A DNA stretch of 64,000 nt from Acidobacteriota bacterium (GCA_025352795.1 JANXSF010000020.1:130879-194878); one strand, 5' to 3'; positions 8,034-18,600 are shown, counted from the stretch's first letter. Notes: generated by a model from the letters alone, not told the origin. Translations and numbers: made by a program.

Positions 8034-11000
8034 TTATCGAGTCGCAATCGTAGCTCCAATTTGGCTGCTGGCACTTCCGATTTTTACAATGACTGGCGCC
8101 GAACCGCTGGGAGTGGAACCAAGTGGCACCCTGATGTTGATCTGCAACAGTCCGGCAGTCAAACCCGGTGCACCACCAACATAAATCACTTCAGCCTCAA
8201 CACCACCAACGGTCACGTTGACTGCTGCTTGCGGCTTGGGAAGTTTCGAATCGGTCAATTTTCCATCCACTCCATCGGGCGTGGTCTTACCTTCTCCGGT
8301 GGCGTATAAAACCACGATGGAACCTCGCGTGGCCGGATTGGTAGTTGAATTGTAAGACCCGTCCTCATTCAGTGACGCAGTCTGGCCGCGCCCGCTGGCA
8401 TTGGCTGTAAACAATCCTGGTGAAGTAGGAACGACGGGAAACGGGACCACCACAGATTTACGACCCTGGTATTCCACCTGCATCTGCGTGCTCACGCTGT
8501 TCGCAATACTATACGGCACAATAGCGCTGATTTGCCCGGATGAGGTGGCAATCATCGGCGCAGGCACGCCATCAAACAAGACCCTGGTGGTCTCCAACAC
8601 CGTGTCGATTCTACCCTGACTATTCAACTGGGCCAGCGCTGGTGTCTGCGGACCCAGTCCGGTTCCAAACAGAGTCACAATCAGGCCCGGTGAAACTCCA
8701 TTGCCCAGCGTAGCGTAGCTTGCAGCGTTCGTCAAACCGGCCGCAGTCACTTGCGGGAAGTTTGGTACAACAGTGATCAGCGCAGTTCCGAAGCGCGAAC
8801 CATCAGAGACCAAGGATGCTTTCACGGTGACGGTTGTCAACACATCAATGGACGCTGGAACTGTATACAGCCCACTCGCAGAAATAGTGCCGACGTTGGG
8901 TGAGATCGACCAAGTGACCGCTGGGCGGCTAGCACTATTGGCCAGAGCCGCCGTAAATTGCTGGGTTTCCCCAATGGACAAAAACACCGCCGCTGGGGCT
9001 ACGGTTACATTGCCCACAGGCGACAAAGTTACAATCGCTTCCGCAAACTTTAATGGGTCAAGAATGCTGGTCGCTGTCACAACCAGCGTCTGTGATTGTT
9101 GGATTGCAGTGGGGGCGGAGTACAATCCATTGGAATCAATGTTGCCAACGGCTGGGAAAACTGTCCAGCGGATGCCAGGGTTGCCAGCATTCAAAATGGT
9201 CGCGGTGAACTGCACTTTTTCCCCAGGGCCTAACGTCGCAGTCAAGGGCTGCATGGCCAGAGTGACTTCAGAAAACCGTGCGATAAAGCCGTCACTTTCG
9301 CCAGACGCCAACAATCCCAAAGCACCTGGAGTGGTGCGGAAATTCGATGACGAAGTGGAACCTCCAATGTAGATTCTGCCCGCATTCACTGCTAAGCCAC
9401 GCGCTCCATCAGAACCAGTCCCTCCCAATTGGGAAGCAAAGGGGAAGCCAGTGCCATTGAAGTTCACCTTCACTACGAACGCGTCGCTGCCACCAGCATT
9501 AGCAAATCCAGGACCAGCAGCATCACCCCGTATAGGAAAATCAACTGACGAAGTTTCCCCTGCCACATAGGCGTTGTTCTGAGAATCAAGGGCAATTGCA
9601 TAACCGGCATCGTCAGCGGAACCGCCAATGTAAGTGGAATAAATCAAGCTTGTGCCTGTCGCATTCAACTTACTGGCAAATGCATCGGGCGCAAATAGCG
9701 CAACCGGTTGTGGGGAATTTGTGGTGGTGGGGAAATTCGATGAGTAAGTTTGGCCGGTAATGTAAGCATTCCCTTGTGAATCTACGGCAATGGCTCTTGC
9801 TGAATCACCAGCGTCGCCGCCAAAATAGGTGGAGTATTCCAGATCTCCGCTGGTCGTAAATTTTGACACAAAAGCGTCGGAATTTCCTTTACGATCTTTT
9901 TGGTAAGCTGCCGCTGAGACGGGAAAATTATTGGAGCGAGTTTCCCCCACTACATACACCGACCCTCGCGAATCCAGCGCCACTCCATAAGCCGCATCAA
10001 AGGCGAAACCGCCCAGAAAAATGGAATACAGGAATTGGCTTCCATCCGCGCTGATCTTCGTCAGAAAGGCGTCGCCACCGCCACGCGCTGGGAAATCGGA
10101 ATTAGTAGCAGCGGGGAAGGAAAGCGATTGGGTTGCGCCTGCAACAAAGGCGTTTCCTTGCGCATCAATGGCGATGGCGTTGCCCGTATCTGAAAGCTGT
10201 CCGCCCAAAAATGTCGAATAGAGCAGCGCGTCCCCTGTCGCATTTAAACGAAGAGCAAAGGCGTCAGTAATGCCGCTGCCACCGTTCAATTGCCGCTGCG
10301 GTGCGTTGGCGGACACCGGGAAATTGGTGGAAGCGGTTTGACCAGTCAGGTAGACGTTTCCACAGTCATCAACCGCCATTCCGTTTGCCGCCTCCAGGCC
10401 TGAGCCTCCAATATACGTTGCATAAATCACCGCCGTTCCCGTAGGATTCAATTTCGCGACAAAAACATCCTGACTGCCAAAGTTCGTGCTTCTCGTAGCA
10501 CCATTTAGATCAGTAGAAGTAGTGGACCCGGCAATGTAAACATTACCCGCATTGTCCGCCGCCACAGTGTTGATTTGGTCGGCCAAGCTGCCTCCAAAAT
10601 AGGATGAGAAGGTAAGCGTGGGGTCAATGACAAGCGGTAGAGTCCGGTCATACTTCCCGATAGTGAATCCGTAACGGTTCCCTTGACGACGTTCAAAGCT
10701 GGCTGATATAGGACATCCCAACCCAGCAATTTGCTGATAGGCGAAGGGCTTCTTCAATAATAATTCAGGGCTGATGCGCAACTGGCCATCGGCTTCCAAT
10801 CGAACACTGGCGTCCCCAAAGTCCATCTCGAAGGCAGTAGGATTGGCTTGCGGTTGCACCACAACATCAAATTCAAGCAATCCTTTGTTGCTGTAAAGCA
10901 CCACGTCCGTACCAGGGTAAATAGATTGCAACTGCAGTTTGGAAAAATGGGGAACCTTGGTCCGCCACTGTTTGGCTTCCGCCCCAATCAGATAATTACT

Positions 11001-11255
11001 GACTCCCGCTTGGACATCCAGAGGAGTAACCACCGTTGGCTGGGCGTTATGCCAGCGAATGGGGATGCGGCCAGTGCCCGTTTGAACGTCGATCCCAGAT
11101 GGACGAACTTGCGCCCGGAACGATTTTCCGCGAACCGCGTATTGCCCAGATTCGCGCAGGGGTTCAAAGAAAAGAGGGTAGGAAAGCGGCGCACCGGAAA
11201 CACCACCCACAGTCAAAATCATCAGCAACGGCCACAGCCATCGGCGTGAAATCAT
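8034..11255 (-). CDS. giant exported SBBP beta-propeller-repeat protein with Ig-like domains and TIGR03437-type C-terminal domain
   Basis: 1073 aa with a signal peptide. About 8 repeats of the form Y.TYLGG...D.A.AIAVD..GNAYV.G.T.S.NFP (SBBP). Two Ig-like segments (VQFTATI.., QQFTAAL..). C-terminal ...LYATG.G...P....V..GG..A.V.Y.G.APG...G..Q.N..VP, as in the Solibacter uncharacterised C-terminal domain. Confidence 0.8.
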   Translation of the reverse strand: MISRRWLWPLLMILTVGGVSGAPLSYPLFFEPLRESGQYAVRGKSFRAQVRPSGIDVQTGTGRIPIRWHNAQPTVVTPLDVQAGVSNYLIGAEAKQWRTKVPHFSKLQLQSIYPGTDVVLYSNKGLLEFDVVVQPQANPTAFEMDFGDASVRLEADGQLRISPELLLKKPFAYQQIAGLGCPISASFERRQGNRYGFTIGKYDRTLPLVIDPTLTFSSYFGGSLADQINTVAADNAGNVYIAGSTTSTDLNGATRSTNFGSQDVFVAKLNPTGTAVIYATYIGGSGLEAANGMAVDDCGNVYLTGQTASTNFPVSANAPQRQLNGGSGITDAFALRLNATGDALLYSTFLGGQLSDTGNAIAIDAQGNAFVAGATQSLSFPAATNSDFPARGGGDAFLTKISADGSQFLYSIFLGGFAFDAAYGVALDSRGSVYVVGETRSNNFPVSAAAYQKDRKGNSDAFVSKFTTSGDLEYSTYFGGDAGDSARAIAVDSQGNAYITGQTYSSNFPTTTNSPQPVALFAPDAFASKLNATGTSLIYSTYIGGSADDAGYAIALDSQNNAYVAGETSSVDFPIRGDAAGPGFANAGGSDAFVVKVNFNGTGFPFASQLGGTGSDGARGLAVNAGRIYIGGSTSSSNFRTTPGALGLLASGESDGFIARFSEVTLAMQPLTATLGPGEKVQFTATILNAGNPGIRWTVFPAVGNIDSNGLYSAPTAIQQSQTLVVTATSILDPLKFAEAIVTLSPVGNVTVAPAAVFLSIGETQQFTAALANSASRPAVTWSISPNVGTISASGLYTVPASIDVLTTVTVKASLVSDGSRFGTALITVVPNFPQVTAAGLTNAASYATLGNGVSPGLIVTLFGTGLGPQTPALAQLNSQGRIDTVLETTRVLFDGVPAPMIATSSGQISAIVPYSIANSVSTQMQVEYQGRKSVVVPFPVVPTSPGLFTANASGRGQTASLNEDGSYNSTTNPATRGSIVVLYATGEGKTTPDGVDGKLTDSKLPKPQAAVNVTVGGVEAEVIYVGGAPGLTAGLLQINIRVPLGSTPSGSAPVIVKIGSASSQIGATIATR

Positions 11256-11272
11256 TAAAACCTCCTACGAAG

Positions 11273-12616
11273 CTACTTCGCCAGGAATCGGGCAATGTAT
11301 CCGGTATCAAAATCACCGGCCTGGAAATCTGGATCAGCCATAATGCGCTGATGCAAAGGAATCGACGTATGAATCCCTTCAATGACGAACGTATCCAATG
11401 CTCGCCGCATTCTGGCAATGGCTTCTGGCCTATCTTTGCCGTGGACAATTAACTTGCCCACCAGCGAGTCATAGTAGGGGGGAATGACGCAGTCCGTATA
11501 CGCTGCTGTATCCACTCGCACTCCAATACCGCCCGGTAAATTCAACCCGGTTACGCGACCCGGCGATGGCGCGAACGTTGTGGGATGTTCCGCATTGATA
11601 CGGCATTCAATAGCATGTCCGCGCATTTCCACTGGACCCGATAACACGGTGGATAGCGGTTCACCCATGGCAATCAGAATCTGACTCTTCACAATATCCA
11701 CCCCCGTCACAAATTCGGTGACTGGATGTTCCACCTGCACGCGGGCGTTCACTTCAATGAAATAAAGACTACCCGTTTCATCCATCAGGAATTCAACGGT
11801 TCCGGCATTGGTATAGCCCACTTCAGCCATGGCTTTTTTCAAAGTATTGCCGATGCGCTCACGCAGTTCCGGCGAAACTTGTAACGACGGTGATTCCTCA
11901 ATCAGTTTTTGATGACGTCGCTGAATGGAACATTCCCGTTCCCCAAGCACTTCCACATTCCCATGCTGATCGGCCAGAATTTGAAACTCTATATGACGCG
12001 GCCTGCCAATGTATTTTTCCAGATAAACGTCGGGACAGGAGAATGCTGCGCCTGCTTCCGATTGCGCTGAAGCCAGATGCCCGGCCAGTTCTTCAGAAGC
12101 GTGAACAATGCGCATGCCTCGCCCACCACCGCCCGCCGATGCTTTCAAAATTACTGGATAACCAATTTCCGAAGCCAGTTCAATGGCTTCTTCCGGGCTC
12201 TTCAAAATACCAACGCTACCTGGAAGAATTGGAATACCCGCTTTCTTCATAGCTGTGCGGGCATGCTGCTTAAAGCCCATGGCGCGCACGACGTCAGGTT
12301 TTGGACCAATGAATTTGATGCCGCTGGTTTCGCACACCTCGCCGAAATCAGCGTTTTCGCTGAGAAACCCATATCCCGGATGGATGGCGTCCACATTGGT
12401 GATTTCCGCAGCACTAATCACACTGGGAATATCCAAGTAACTTCGAGCACTTTTTGCGGGACCAATACAAACCGCTTCATCGGCAAACCGCACGTGCAGA
12501 CTGTGGCGATCTGCCTCAGAATACACCGCCACAGTTTTAATGCCCAGTTCCTTCGCCGCGCAAATAACACGTAGGGCGATCTCTCCACGATTGGCAATCA
12601 GAATCTTTCGAAACAT
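11273..12616 (-). CDS. accC: acetyl-CoA carboxylase biotin carboxylase subunit
   Basis: [18 protein letters not shown] start, ATP-grasp motifs ([32 protein letters not shown]), 447 aa, directly downstream of accB. Confidence 0.95.
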   Translation of the reverse strand: MFRKILIANRGEIALRVICAAKELGIKTVAVYSEADRHSLHVRFADEAVCIGPAKSARSYLDIPSVISAAEITNVDAIHPGYGFLSENADFGEVCETSGIKFIGPKPDVVRAMGFKQHARTAMKKAGIPILPGSVGILKSPEEAIELASEIGYPVILKASAGGGGRGMRIVHASEELAGHLASAQSEAGAAFSCPDVYLEKYIGRPRHIEFQILADQHGNVEVLGERECSIQRRHQKLIEESPSLQVSPELRERIGNTLKKAMAEVGYTNAGTVEFLMDETGSLYFIEVNARVQVEHPVTEFVTGVDIVKSQILIAMGEPLSTVLSGPVEMRGHAIECRINAEHPTTFAPSPGRVTGLNLPGGIGVRVDTAAYTDCVIPPYYDSLVGKLIVHGKDRPEAIARMRRALDTFVIEGIHTSIPLHQRIMADPDFQAGDFDTGYIARFLAK

Positions 12617-12632
12617 CGTTATGTTCGCCGCC

Positions 12633-13109
12633 TCAATGCGGCTTGATCAGGAACATGGCTTGGCCATATTCCACCGGGCTGCCGTTTTCTACCAGACACT
12701 TCATCACCGTGCCGGAAACTTCTGCCTCAATTTCATTCATCAGCTTCATGGATTCCACAATGCACAGCACTTGCCCCGGTTTGATGATGTCCCCTACTTT
12801 TACGAACAAAGGGCTATCGGGCGAAGCTGCCGAATAAAAAGTCCCCACAATAGGTGACTTGATGGGTGCAAATTCGTCTTCTGAAACTGCTACCGGCGCA
12901 ACTGGCTCACTGGGAGCGGTCGGCACTGCCGTTGCGACTGCGGAAGCCGCTGGAACCGTGGTTGCCGCCGCAGCACCAGAGATGACAATTTCCTCAGCCG
13001 TAGCTCCGCGCCTGATCTTTACACGGTCTTCCCCTCGCTGAACTTCCAGCTCAGCAATACCGCTGTCAACAACACATTGAATTAATTCGCGAATCTCGTC
13101 GATGTTCAT
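12633..13109 (-). CDS. accB: acetyl-CoA carboxylase biotin carboxyl carrier protein
   Basis: 158 aa with an Ala/Pro linker and the biotinyl-lysine motif [15 protein letters not shown]. Confidence 0.93.
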   Translation of the reverse strand: MNIDEIRELIQCVVDSGIAELEVQRGEDRVKIRRGATAEEIVISGAAAATTVPAASAVATAVPTAPSEPVAPVAVSEDEFAPIKSPIVGTFYSAASPDSPLFVKVGDIIKPGQVLCIVESMKLMNEIEAEVSGTVMKCLVENGSPVEYGQAMFLIKPH

Positions 13110-13148
13110 TCGTGATCGTTCGATTCTACTCCAAAATCAGCCCGTGGG

Positions 13149-14201
13149 CTAGAGCAGGAGCATCTCCTTTGGCGTGGGAGTCATGATCTCCGAGCCGTGT
13201 TCTGTCACCAGGATCGTGTCCTCTATCCGGACACCCTGATGGCCTTCCATATAAACGCCCGGCTCGATTGTAATCGTCATGCCGGCGCAAAGAACGGTAT
13301 CCATTTTTTTGCCAATGCGGGGTGGTTCATGAATTTCCAACCCCAGTCCATGGCCTAAGGAATGTGTGAAAAACTTTTCCATCCCATAACTTTTTAATAC
13401 TTTGCGGGCCACGGCATCCACTTTCTTCGCAGTAATTCCCGGCTTAACAGATGCTTCGGCCATGGTTAGCGCCTCCAGCACAGCCTTGTAGTGGGTCTTC
13501 GTCTTTTGCGATGGAGTCCCAATGTGCGCCATCCGAGTCATATCGCTGGCATAACCATGCCAAAATGCGCCCATGTCTATCAATAGTAACCCATTGCCCT
13601 CAATTTTTGCCTCTCGGGGATGGGCATGGGGAAGCGCTGAGTGCTGTTTGAACGCCACAAGCGTGTCAAAAGCGGGCTTTTCAGAACCGAATTGATGCAT
13701 TTGGTAATCAATTTCGGCTGCCAGGTCCCTTTCCGTCATCCCTTCCCGAAACAATCTCATAGCTGCCTGAAACGCTGTCGAGTTGATTTCTACTGCCCGT
13801 CGGATAAGGGCGATTTCTCCAGCAGACTTCACCATGCGCAGCTCTTCTAAAAGCGGCCCCATTCCTTCCATTTTGGCTCGTTTGGGAAGCTCTGCCGCTA
13901 CCGCTTGTTGCGTATGAAACAAAATCCGCTCATTTTCAAAGGCGAGAGTGGAAATTTTGCCCAGCCACCGTTTCATCCCGGCCACCAGAGGACCCTTCAC
14001 AATTACTGTGCGACCGTGAAATTCTTTTTTCGATTGAATGGTATAGCGCGGGTCAGTGAACAGAATAATCCGGTCTGGCAATGCCAATGCCAGGGCGTTG
14101 CTGCCAGTAAACCCTGTCAGGTAGCGGACGTTCGGCAATGACGAAATTAAAGCGGCATCCCAATGCCGATCCTCTAAAATCGAAGTGAGTAAATGGGGCA
14201 T
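13149..14201 (-). CDS. M24 family Xaa-Pro aminopeptidase
   Basis: Creatinase-like N-terminal domain plus M24 metal ligands (IDMGAFWHGYASDMTR, HSLGHGLGLEIHE, GMTITIEPG, RIEDT). Start moved to the ATG at 14201, because the longer ORF overlaps the 3' end of the upstream qor-like gene. Confidence 0.85.
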   Translation of the reverse strand: MPHLLTSILEDRHWDAALISSLPNVRYLTGFTGSNALALALPDRIILFTDPRYTIQSKKEFHGRTVIVKGPLVAGMKRWLGKISTLAFENERILFHTQQAVAAELPKRAKMEGMGPLLEELRMVKSAGEIALIRRAVEINSTAFQAAMRLFREGMTERDLAAEIDYQMHQFGSEKPAFDTLVAFKQHSALPHAHPREAKIEGNGLLLIDMGAFWHGYASDMTRMAHIGTPSQKTKTHYKAVLEALTMAEASVKPGITAKKVDAVARKVLKSYGMEKFFTHSLGHGLGLEIHEPPRIGKKMDTVLCAGMTITIEPGVYMEGHQGVRIEDTILVTEHGSEIMTPTPKEMLLL

Positions 14202-14211
14202 GAAGGGCCGA

Positions 14212-15198
14212 TTAGTCCAAGGTGAGTAGCAATTTTCCTGTGGTTTTACGACTCGCCAAATCAATGTGAGCCTGCGCTGCATCGGCCAATTTGTAGGTGC
14301 CGCCAATGTGTACTTTCAATTTGCCATCGGCGATCCAACCCAGCACATCGCCTGCGCGCCAATTCACTTCCTGCTGATCCTGGCAATAATGAAAAAGCGT
14401 AGGCCGGGTGAGGAACAAAGCTCCCTTGGTGTTCAGCAATAACGGTTCAATGGCCGGGACAGGGCCACTGGCATTCCCAAATGTGACCATCATGCCACGG
14501 GGACGCAGGCTATCCAGCCCTTTCATAAAGGTGGAAGCTCCTACGGAATCGAAAACAACATGGACGCCCTTACCCCCCGTGAGCGCTTTCGATTCCACGG
14601 CAAAATCCTGTTCGTTATAGAGGATCACATGATCTGCACCTGCCGCTTTGGCCAGGGCCACTTTCTCTGCTGAACCCACGGTTGCAATCACCGTGGCCCC
14701 GCGCATCTTGGCCATCTGCACCACCAATTGCCCGGTACCACCAGCCGCTGCATGAACTAATGCCGTATGTTCTGATGTGAGCGGAAAAGTGGAATGGGTC
14801 AAGTAATGGGCAGTCATCCCTTGCAACATGACTGCTGCGGCCTGCTGAAAATTGACGGCCAATGGAACTTTGACAAGCTGCCAGGCTGGAACCACGGCAT
14901 ATTCAGCGTAGGAACCGCGCTGCATGGAGTAGGCCACACGGTCTCCGGGTACTAGTCCGGTGACCCCTTCGCCAATGGCTTCCACCACACCAGAAGCTTC
15001 CATCCCCAAAGTAATCGGGAGATCTGCCTTATAAAGACCAGATCGGAAGTAGATGTCGATAAAATTCACACCGATAGCCGCGATCTTCACCAGCACTTGA
15101 CCTGCGGCAGGTTGCGGTATGGCGATCTGATCCAGCAATAACTTTTCTGGACCGCCACATTCGGCCACGCGCATAGCCTTCATAGTTCGATTGGACAT
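14212..15198 (-). CDS. qor: NADPH:quinone oxidoreductase (zinc-type ADH superfamily)
   Basis: MKAMRV...GGPE.L, GVNFIDIYFRSGLY and AAAGGTGQL Rossmann motif. The start is ambiguous between 15198 and 15183. Confidence 0.85.
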   Translation of the reverse strand: MSNRTMKAMRVAECGGPEKLLLDQIAIPQPAAGQVLVKIAAIGVNFIDIYFRSGLYKADLPITLGMEASGVVEAIGEGVTGLVPGDRVAYSMQRGSYAEYAVVPAWQLVKVPLAVNFQQAAAVMLQGMTAHYLTHSTFPLTSEHTALVHAAAGGTGQLVVQMAKMRGATVIATVGSAEKVALAKAAGADHVILYNEQDFAVESKALTGGKGVHVVFDSVGASTFMKGLDSLRPRGMMVTFGNASGPVPAIEPLLLNTKGALFLTRPTLFHYCQDQQEVNWRAGDVLGWIADGKLKVHIGGTYKLADAAQAHIDLASRKTTGKLLLTLD

Positions 15199-15216
15199 TA
15201 CCTTACATCCTACCAA

Positions 15217-15444
15217 GCCTTATGGGTAAGTTCTGGCTGGCCCGGTTGAAATAAATAGCATTCCTTTCACTTTTCTTGCCGTTCCAGTTTGCCGATGACC
15301 ACCTTAATTTGAGACAATCAAAAAGCAATCTGTAAAAGTTGCTGTTTGCTGAAGTTAGTGGTTGGCGGATGAGCCTACCTCGCGTAGGTTGAGCTGCGTA
15401 CCCCGAAACAATAGGCGCAGAGTTTGTTTAGGAGATTTAAAGTA
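15217..15444 (+). promoter_or_regulatory. promoter region and long 5' leader of the cold-shock gene
   Basis: 228-nt non-coding stretch upstream of csp. Possible TTGCCG-17nt-GACAAT promoter around 15283-15311. Small hairpin CCTAC-CTCGC-GTAGG near 15377-15391. AGGAGA Shine-Dalgarno at 15430-15435. Long structured leaders are typical of cspA-family mRNAs. Confidence 0.35.
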
Positions 15445-15648
15445 GTGAGAGAAAAAGGCGTCGTGAAATGGTTTAATGCCGCGAAGGGCTACGGCTTCAT
15501 TCAGCGGTCAACTGGAGAAGATGTGTTCGTGCACTTTAGCGCGATCCAGATGAATGGATATCGGACTCTCGAGGAAGGATTAGAAGTGGAGTTCGAGGTC
15601 AAGACGGGCCCGAAAGGCCTGCAGGCCGAGAACGTCACGAAGGCCTAG
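15445..15648 (+). CDS. cspA: cold-shock protein, CspA family
   Basis: [16 protein letters not shown] (RNP1) and DVFVHFSAI (RNP2). GTG at 15445 lies 9 nt after AGGAGA. 67 aa. Confidence 0.9.
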   Translation: MREKGVVKWFNAAKGYGFIQRSTGEDVFVHFSAIQMNGYRTLEEGLEVEFEVKTGPKGLQAENVTKA

Positions 15649-15687
15649 TTCCCCCCACAGAACGGCTTCGTTACACCGAGAAAGAAA

Positions 15688-15712
15688 AGCCACCCCACGC
15701 GGGTGGCTTTTT
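15688..15712 (+). terminator. rho-independent terminator, probably bidirectional
   Basis: AGCCACCC-CACGC-GGGTGGCT stem-loop followed by TTTT and preceded by AAAGAAAA. It sits between convergent csp (+) and the Mo-oxidoreductase gene (-). Confidence 0.7.
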
Positions 15713-15737
15713 GCATTATAAGAGTCTTCAAAAGCCG

Positions 15738-16379
15738 CTAATATCCGTAGCGTTGTTCCTGCCAGGGATCCCCCAGCATGTGATACCCGTTGCGTTCCCA
15801 GAAGCCAGCCTGATCCCCTTCCCGAAATTCCAGACCACTCAACCATTTCGCCGATTTCCAGGCATAAAGACGGGGCACCATCAATCGCACTGGACCTCCA
15901 TGTTCCAGGCTGATCTCCTCGCCATCGTGCAAAAACGCCACCAATGCGTCTTCAGCCAGGAACTCGGTCAAAGGCATGTTGGTTGTCCAACCCTGGTCGA
16001 ACCCATGGGCGATCACGTAGTTTGCCTCCGGCTTCACGCCGCCGACTAGTTCCACAATGGTTTTTACGGAGACCCCTTCCCATAAATTCCCAAGTCTGGA
16101 CCAGCGCGTCACACAATGAAAATCGCTAAACACTTTTACGCGTGGAAGCTCAGAAAATTGTTCCCAATTGAGGGTGACCGGCGTATTCACCAGCCCTGAA
16201 AGCGAAAGATTCCAACTGTTTTTATCTAACCGTGGGGGTCCAAAAGCATCCAGCACAGGCCATTTCAAAGTCCGCGATTGCCCTGGCGGAATACGATTCG
16301 CTCGGCGAGTATCGGGGGAAATGATCACCCCATCGGGCTGACTTTCCGGTTTCAGTTCCTGGGCCACTTCCGTACTCAT
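15738..16379 (-). CDS. molybdopterin-dependent oxidoreductase (sulfite-oxidase/YedY-like catalytic domain)
   Basis: 213 aa. FHCVTRWSRLGNLWEGV and GGPVRLMVPRLYAWKSAKW resemble the oxidoreductase molybdopterin-binding domain. The ATG overlaps the upstream stop (TGATG). Confidence 0.75.
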   Translation of the reverse strand: MSTEVAQELKPESQPDGVIISPDTRRANRIPPGQSRTLKWPVLDAFGPPRLDKNSWNLSLSGLVNTPVTLNWEQFSELPRVKVFSDFHCVTRWSRLGNLWEGVSVKTIVELVGGVKPEANYVIAHGFDQGWTTNMPLTEFLAEDALVAFLHDGEEISLEHGGPVRLMVPRLYAWKSAKWLSGLEFREGDQAGFWERNGYHMLGDPWQEQRYGY

Positions 16380-16861
16380 CAGTTTTTCTTCAATCCCTTT
16401 TCAATGCCTTTCAGGCTGGAGATCAATTCCTGGTCGTTTTTCGATCCCGACTTCAATACCTCTCTGGCATGTCCTATCTCCCGTTTACAAATGGGAGCAT
16501 CACCAGCCAGATAGGCGACTTTGGCCAAAAACCAACACTTATAGCCATCTGGATTGTCGTAAGCTTCCCCTTGCTTAGCGTTGTCTAGCGCACCAATCAT
16601 GTCCCCCGTGCGCAGTAGCGCATAGGCGGTCAAAATCCGCAGGGAAGAATTTTTAGGGTTCTCTTTATTCAGCTCAGAAAGCCGCACCAAGGCCAGTTTG
16701 TTATCCCCCTTGCGGATTTGAGCAATGGCATCTTGCACAGCACTTTGATCCTGTGTCGATAATCCGGCGAGGGAAGTGGCCAGTCTTCCATATTGCAAAT
16801 CAAAATTTTCCACCGCTAAGGCCGGTATAGCCAACACAAACAAAAGCAATAACTGACGCAT
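16379..16861 (-). CDS. exported TPR-like protein
   Basis: Signal peptide MRQLLLLFVLAIPALA. Helical repeat pattern (ILTAYALLRTGDMIGALDNA..., FLAKVAYLAGD). Confidence 0.6.
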   Translation of the reverse strand: MRQLLLLFVLAIPALAVENFDLQYGRLATSLAGLSTQDQSAVQDAIAQIRKGDNKLALVRLSELNKENPKNSSLRILTAYALLRTGDMIGALDNAKQGEAYDNPDGYKCWFLAKVAYLAGDAPICKREIGHAREVLKSGSKNDQELISSLKGIEKGLKKN

Positions 16862-16983
16862 ATCTTAATTGAACCTCATTTCAGCCAAACATTGCAGGCT
16901 GATTGTAGATCCCAATACTTGCGCTTTGTATTCCGCAAATAACTTTTTGAGAGAAAAACCGTTCGGCGGGCACTACTAGATAG

Positions 16984-17433
16984 ATGAAAACGACAATCCT
17001 GTTATTTTTAACTCTGTCTGCCTGTGGGGCGGCTTCTATCGGCGAACGTGTGGAGTATATTGGTGGAACGTTAGATACTTTTGCGGGCAAGGTGGATGGC
17101 CGGGTGGTCACCTCAAACCAGGAGTTTTTGCGCTTTCAGACAAAGAGCAAAGGGGTGAATGTCCCATATGCGAAGATCAACGTGATTGAATACGGTCAAA
17201 AAGTGGATCGTCGTTATCTAAGTGCTGTTTTTCTTTCTCCCTTGTTTCTTTTGGCAAAATCGCGCAAACACTTTTTAACCGTCGGGTTTGAGGATGAACA
17301 GGGCAAGCAGCAAGCACTCATTTTTCGCGTGCAAAAGACCGATGTCCGAGCGCTGCTGGTTAGTTTGGAAGCCCGCACCGGGCGCAAGATTCAGTATCAG
17401 GATGAAGAAGCTAGAAAGGCTGGTAAAGGATGA
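16984..17433 (+). CDS. hypothetical lipoprotein
   Basis: Lipobox LTLSAC after a hydrophobic leader. 149 aa, no other motif. Confidence 0.6.
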   Translation: MKTTILLFLTLSACGAASIGERVEYIGGTLDTFAGKVDGRVVTSNQEFLRFQTKSKGVNVPYAKINVIEYGQKVDRRYLSAVFLSPLFLLAKSRKHFLTVGFEDEQGKQQALIFRVQKTDVRALLVSLEARTGRKIQYQDEEARKAGKG

Positions 17434-17443
17434 GGTGTAAAGT

Positions 17444-18061
17444 ATGAGGCGCAGCGTATTCCTTGGTTTGCTGGCGTGTTGCGCTGTTTGTGCGCTGGAG
17501 CAGCGACAAGACTTCCTGAAAGCGGTGACGTCCATCCGTCGGGTCTATGTCGATAAATTGAATGGTGGCGATCAGGCGCAGCATATTCGTGACATGATCA
17601 TCACCAGTCTGCAAAATTCCAACCTGTTCATAATCACGGAAAATGAAGATAAAGCCGACGCCGTAGTTCGCGGGTCAGCCGAAGATCTTATTTTCACTGA
17701 GTCGCATCAATCCAGTGACGGAGTGAATGCCCATACCCAAATCTCGCTGCCCGGAACCAACGGCAGCACCAGCGGCAGGAATTCGAATCGCACAGGCATT
17801 GGAATGACGGTGGGCGATCATGAATCCCAGCAAACGACCGAGCGTAAACATGAATCCGTAGCAACTGTGCGATTGGTATCGAAAGATGGTGACGTTATCT
17901 GGTCCACAACACAGGAAAGTCAGGGTGGGAAATTAAAAGGTGCCAGCAAAGATGTGGCGGACAAGATCACCAAAAAGCTACTGGACGATATACAAAAGGC
18001 TCGTAATGCGCTGACTACTCCAAAACTCGAACCAGCTTCCGTTGTGAAGTCGCCCCGCTGA
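17444..18061 (+). CDS. hypothetical lipoprotein
   Basis: Leader MRRSVFLGLLAC (lipobox-like). 205 aa. Begins 10 nt after the preceding gene. Confidence 0.6.
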   Translation: MRRSVFLGLLACCAVCALEQRQDFLKAVTSIRRVYVDKLNGGDQAQHIRDMIITSLQNSNLFIITENEDKADAVVRGSAEDLIFTESHQSSDGVNAHTQISLPGTNGSTSGRNSNRTGIGMTVGDHESQQTTERKHESVATVRLVSKDGDVIWSTTQESQGGKLKGASKDVADKITKKLLDDIQKARNALTTPKLEPASVVKSPR

Positions 18062-18077
18062 GTATTGGTACGCCTAT

Positions 18078-18108
18078 CCGAGCCGTGACCGCAAGGGAGC
18101 GGTGTTTG
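18078..18108 (+). repeat. REP element (left flank of RAYT)
   Basis: CCGAGCCGTGACCGCAAGGGAGCGGTGTTTG contains the internal hairpin ACCGC-AAGGGA-GCGGT and overlaps the RAYT start codon region. Confidence 0.8.
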
Positions 18109-18600
18109 TGCTATTTCATTACCTTCACATGCTATGGGACGCGATTGCACGGCGACGAATCGGGATCGGTGGATCGTCATAACAGTTTAGTTGGCAGCCG
18201 ACGTTTGGAGCCCGATACCTTTCGTGTCCTGGCGGAGAGTCGAGAAATGCTTCAGGATCCCTATGTGCTCGACGAAGCGGCCCGGCAATCGGTGCTGGCG
18301 GCCATCCGAAAGCATTGCGCTCACCGGGGTTGGAACCTGCAGGTGGCGCACTTGCGGTCCAACCATGTGCACGTGATCGTGGAAGCCGGCATCCGGCCTG
18401 AGAGAATAATGAATGAGTTCAAAGCCTACGCCAGCCGTGCGCTAAACCAGTTGACAAGCGAGGGACCTTATCGGAAACGCTGGTCGCGTCATGGAAGCAC
18501 GCGTTGGCTGTGGAAGGAAGAGGATGTGAGTCATGCCCTTCGGTACGTAGTCGAAGAACAGGGTAAGCCCATGGCGTTGTTCGTCTCCGACAAGCTTTGA
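18085..18600 (+). CDS. REP-associated tyrosine transposase (RAYT; IS200/IS605 TnpA-like)
   Basis: N-terminal beta-strand CYFITFTCYGTRLHG, HUH motif SNHVHVIVE, candidate catalytic Tyr in EFKAYASRALNQ. 171 aa. Start is GTG 18085 or TTG 18106, both inside the left REP. Confidence 0.8.
   Translation: MTARERCLCYFITFTCYGTRLHGDESGSVDRHNSLVGSRRLEPDTFRVLAESREMLQDPYVLDEAARQSVLAAIRKHCAHRGWNLQVAHLRSNHVHVIVEAGIRPERIMNEFKAYASRALNQLTSEGPYRKRWSRHGSTRWLWKEEDVSHALRYVVEEQGKPMALFVSDKL

Noticed and set aside
8773-9372. 199-aa plus-strand ORF
   Set aside because: It is antisense inside the SBBP-repeat giant gene.
14202-14306. N-terminal extension of the M24 peptidase ORF
   Set aside because: The extension overlaps the 3' end of the qor-like gene and adds a non-conserved-looking sequence. 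The ATG at 14201 gives a normal N-terminus.
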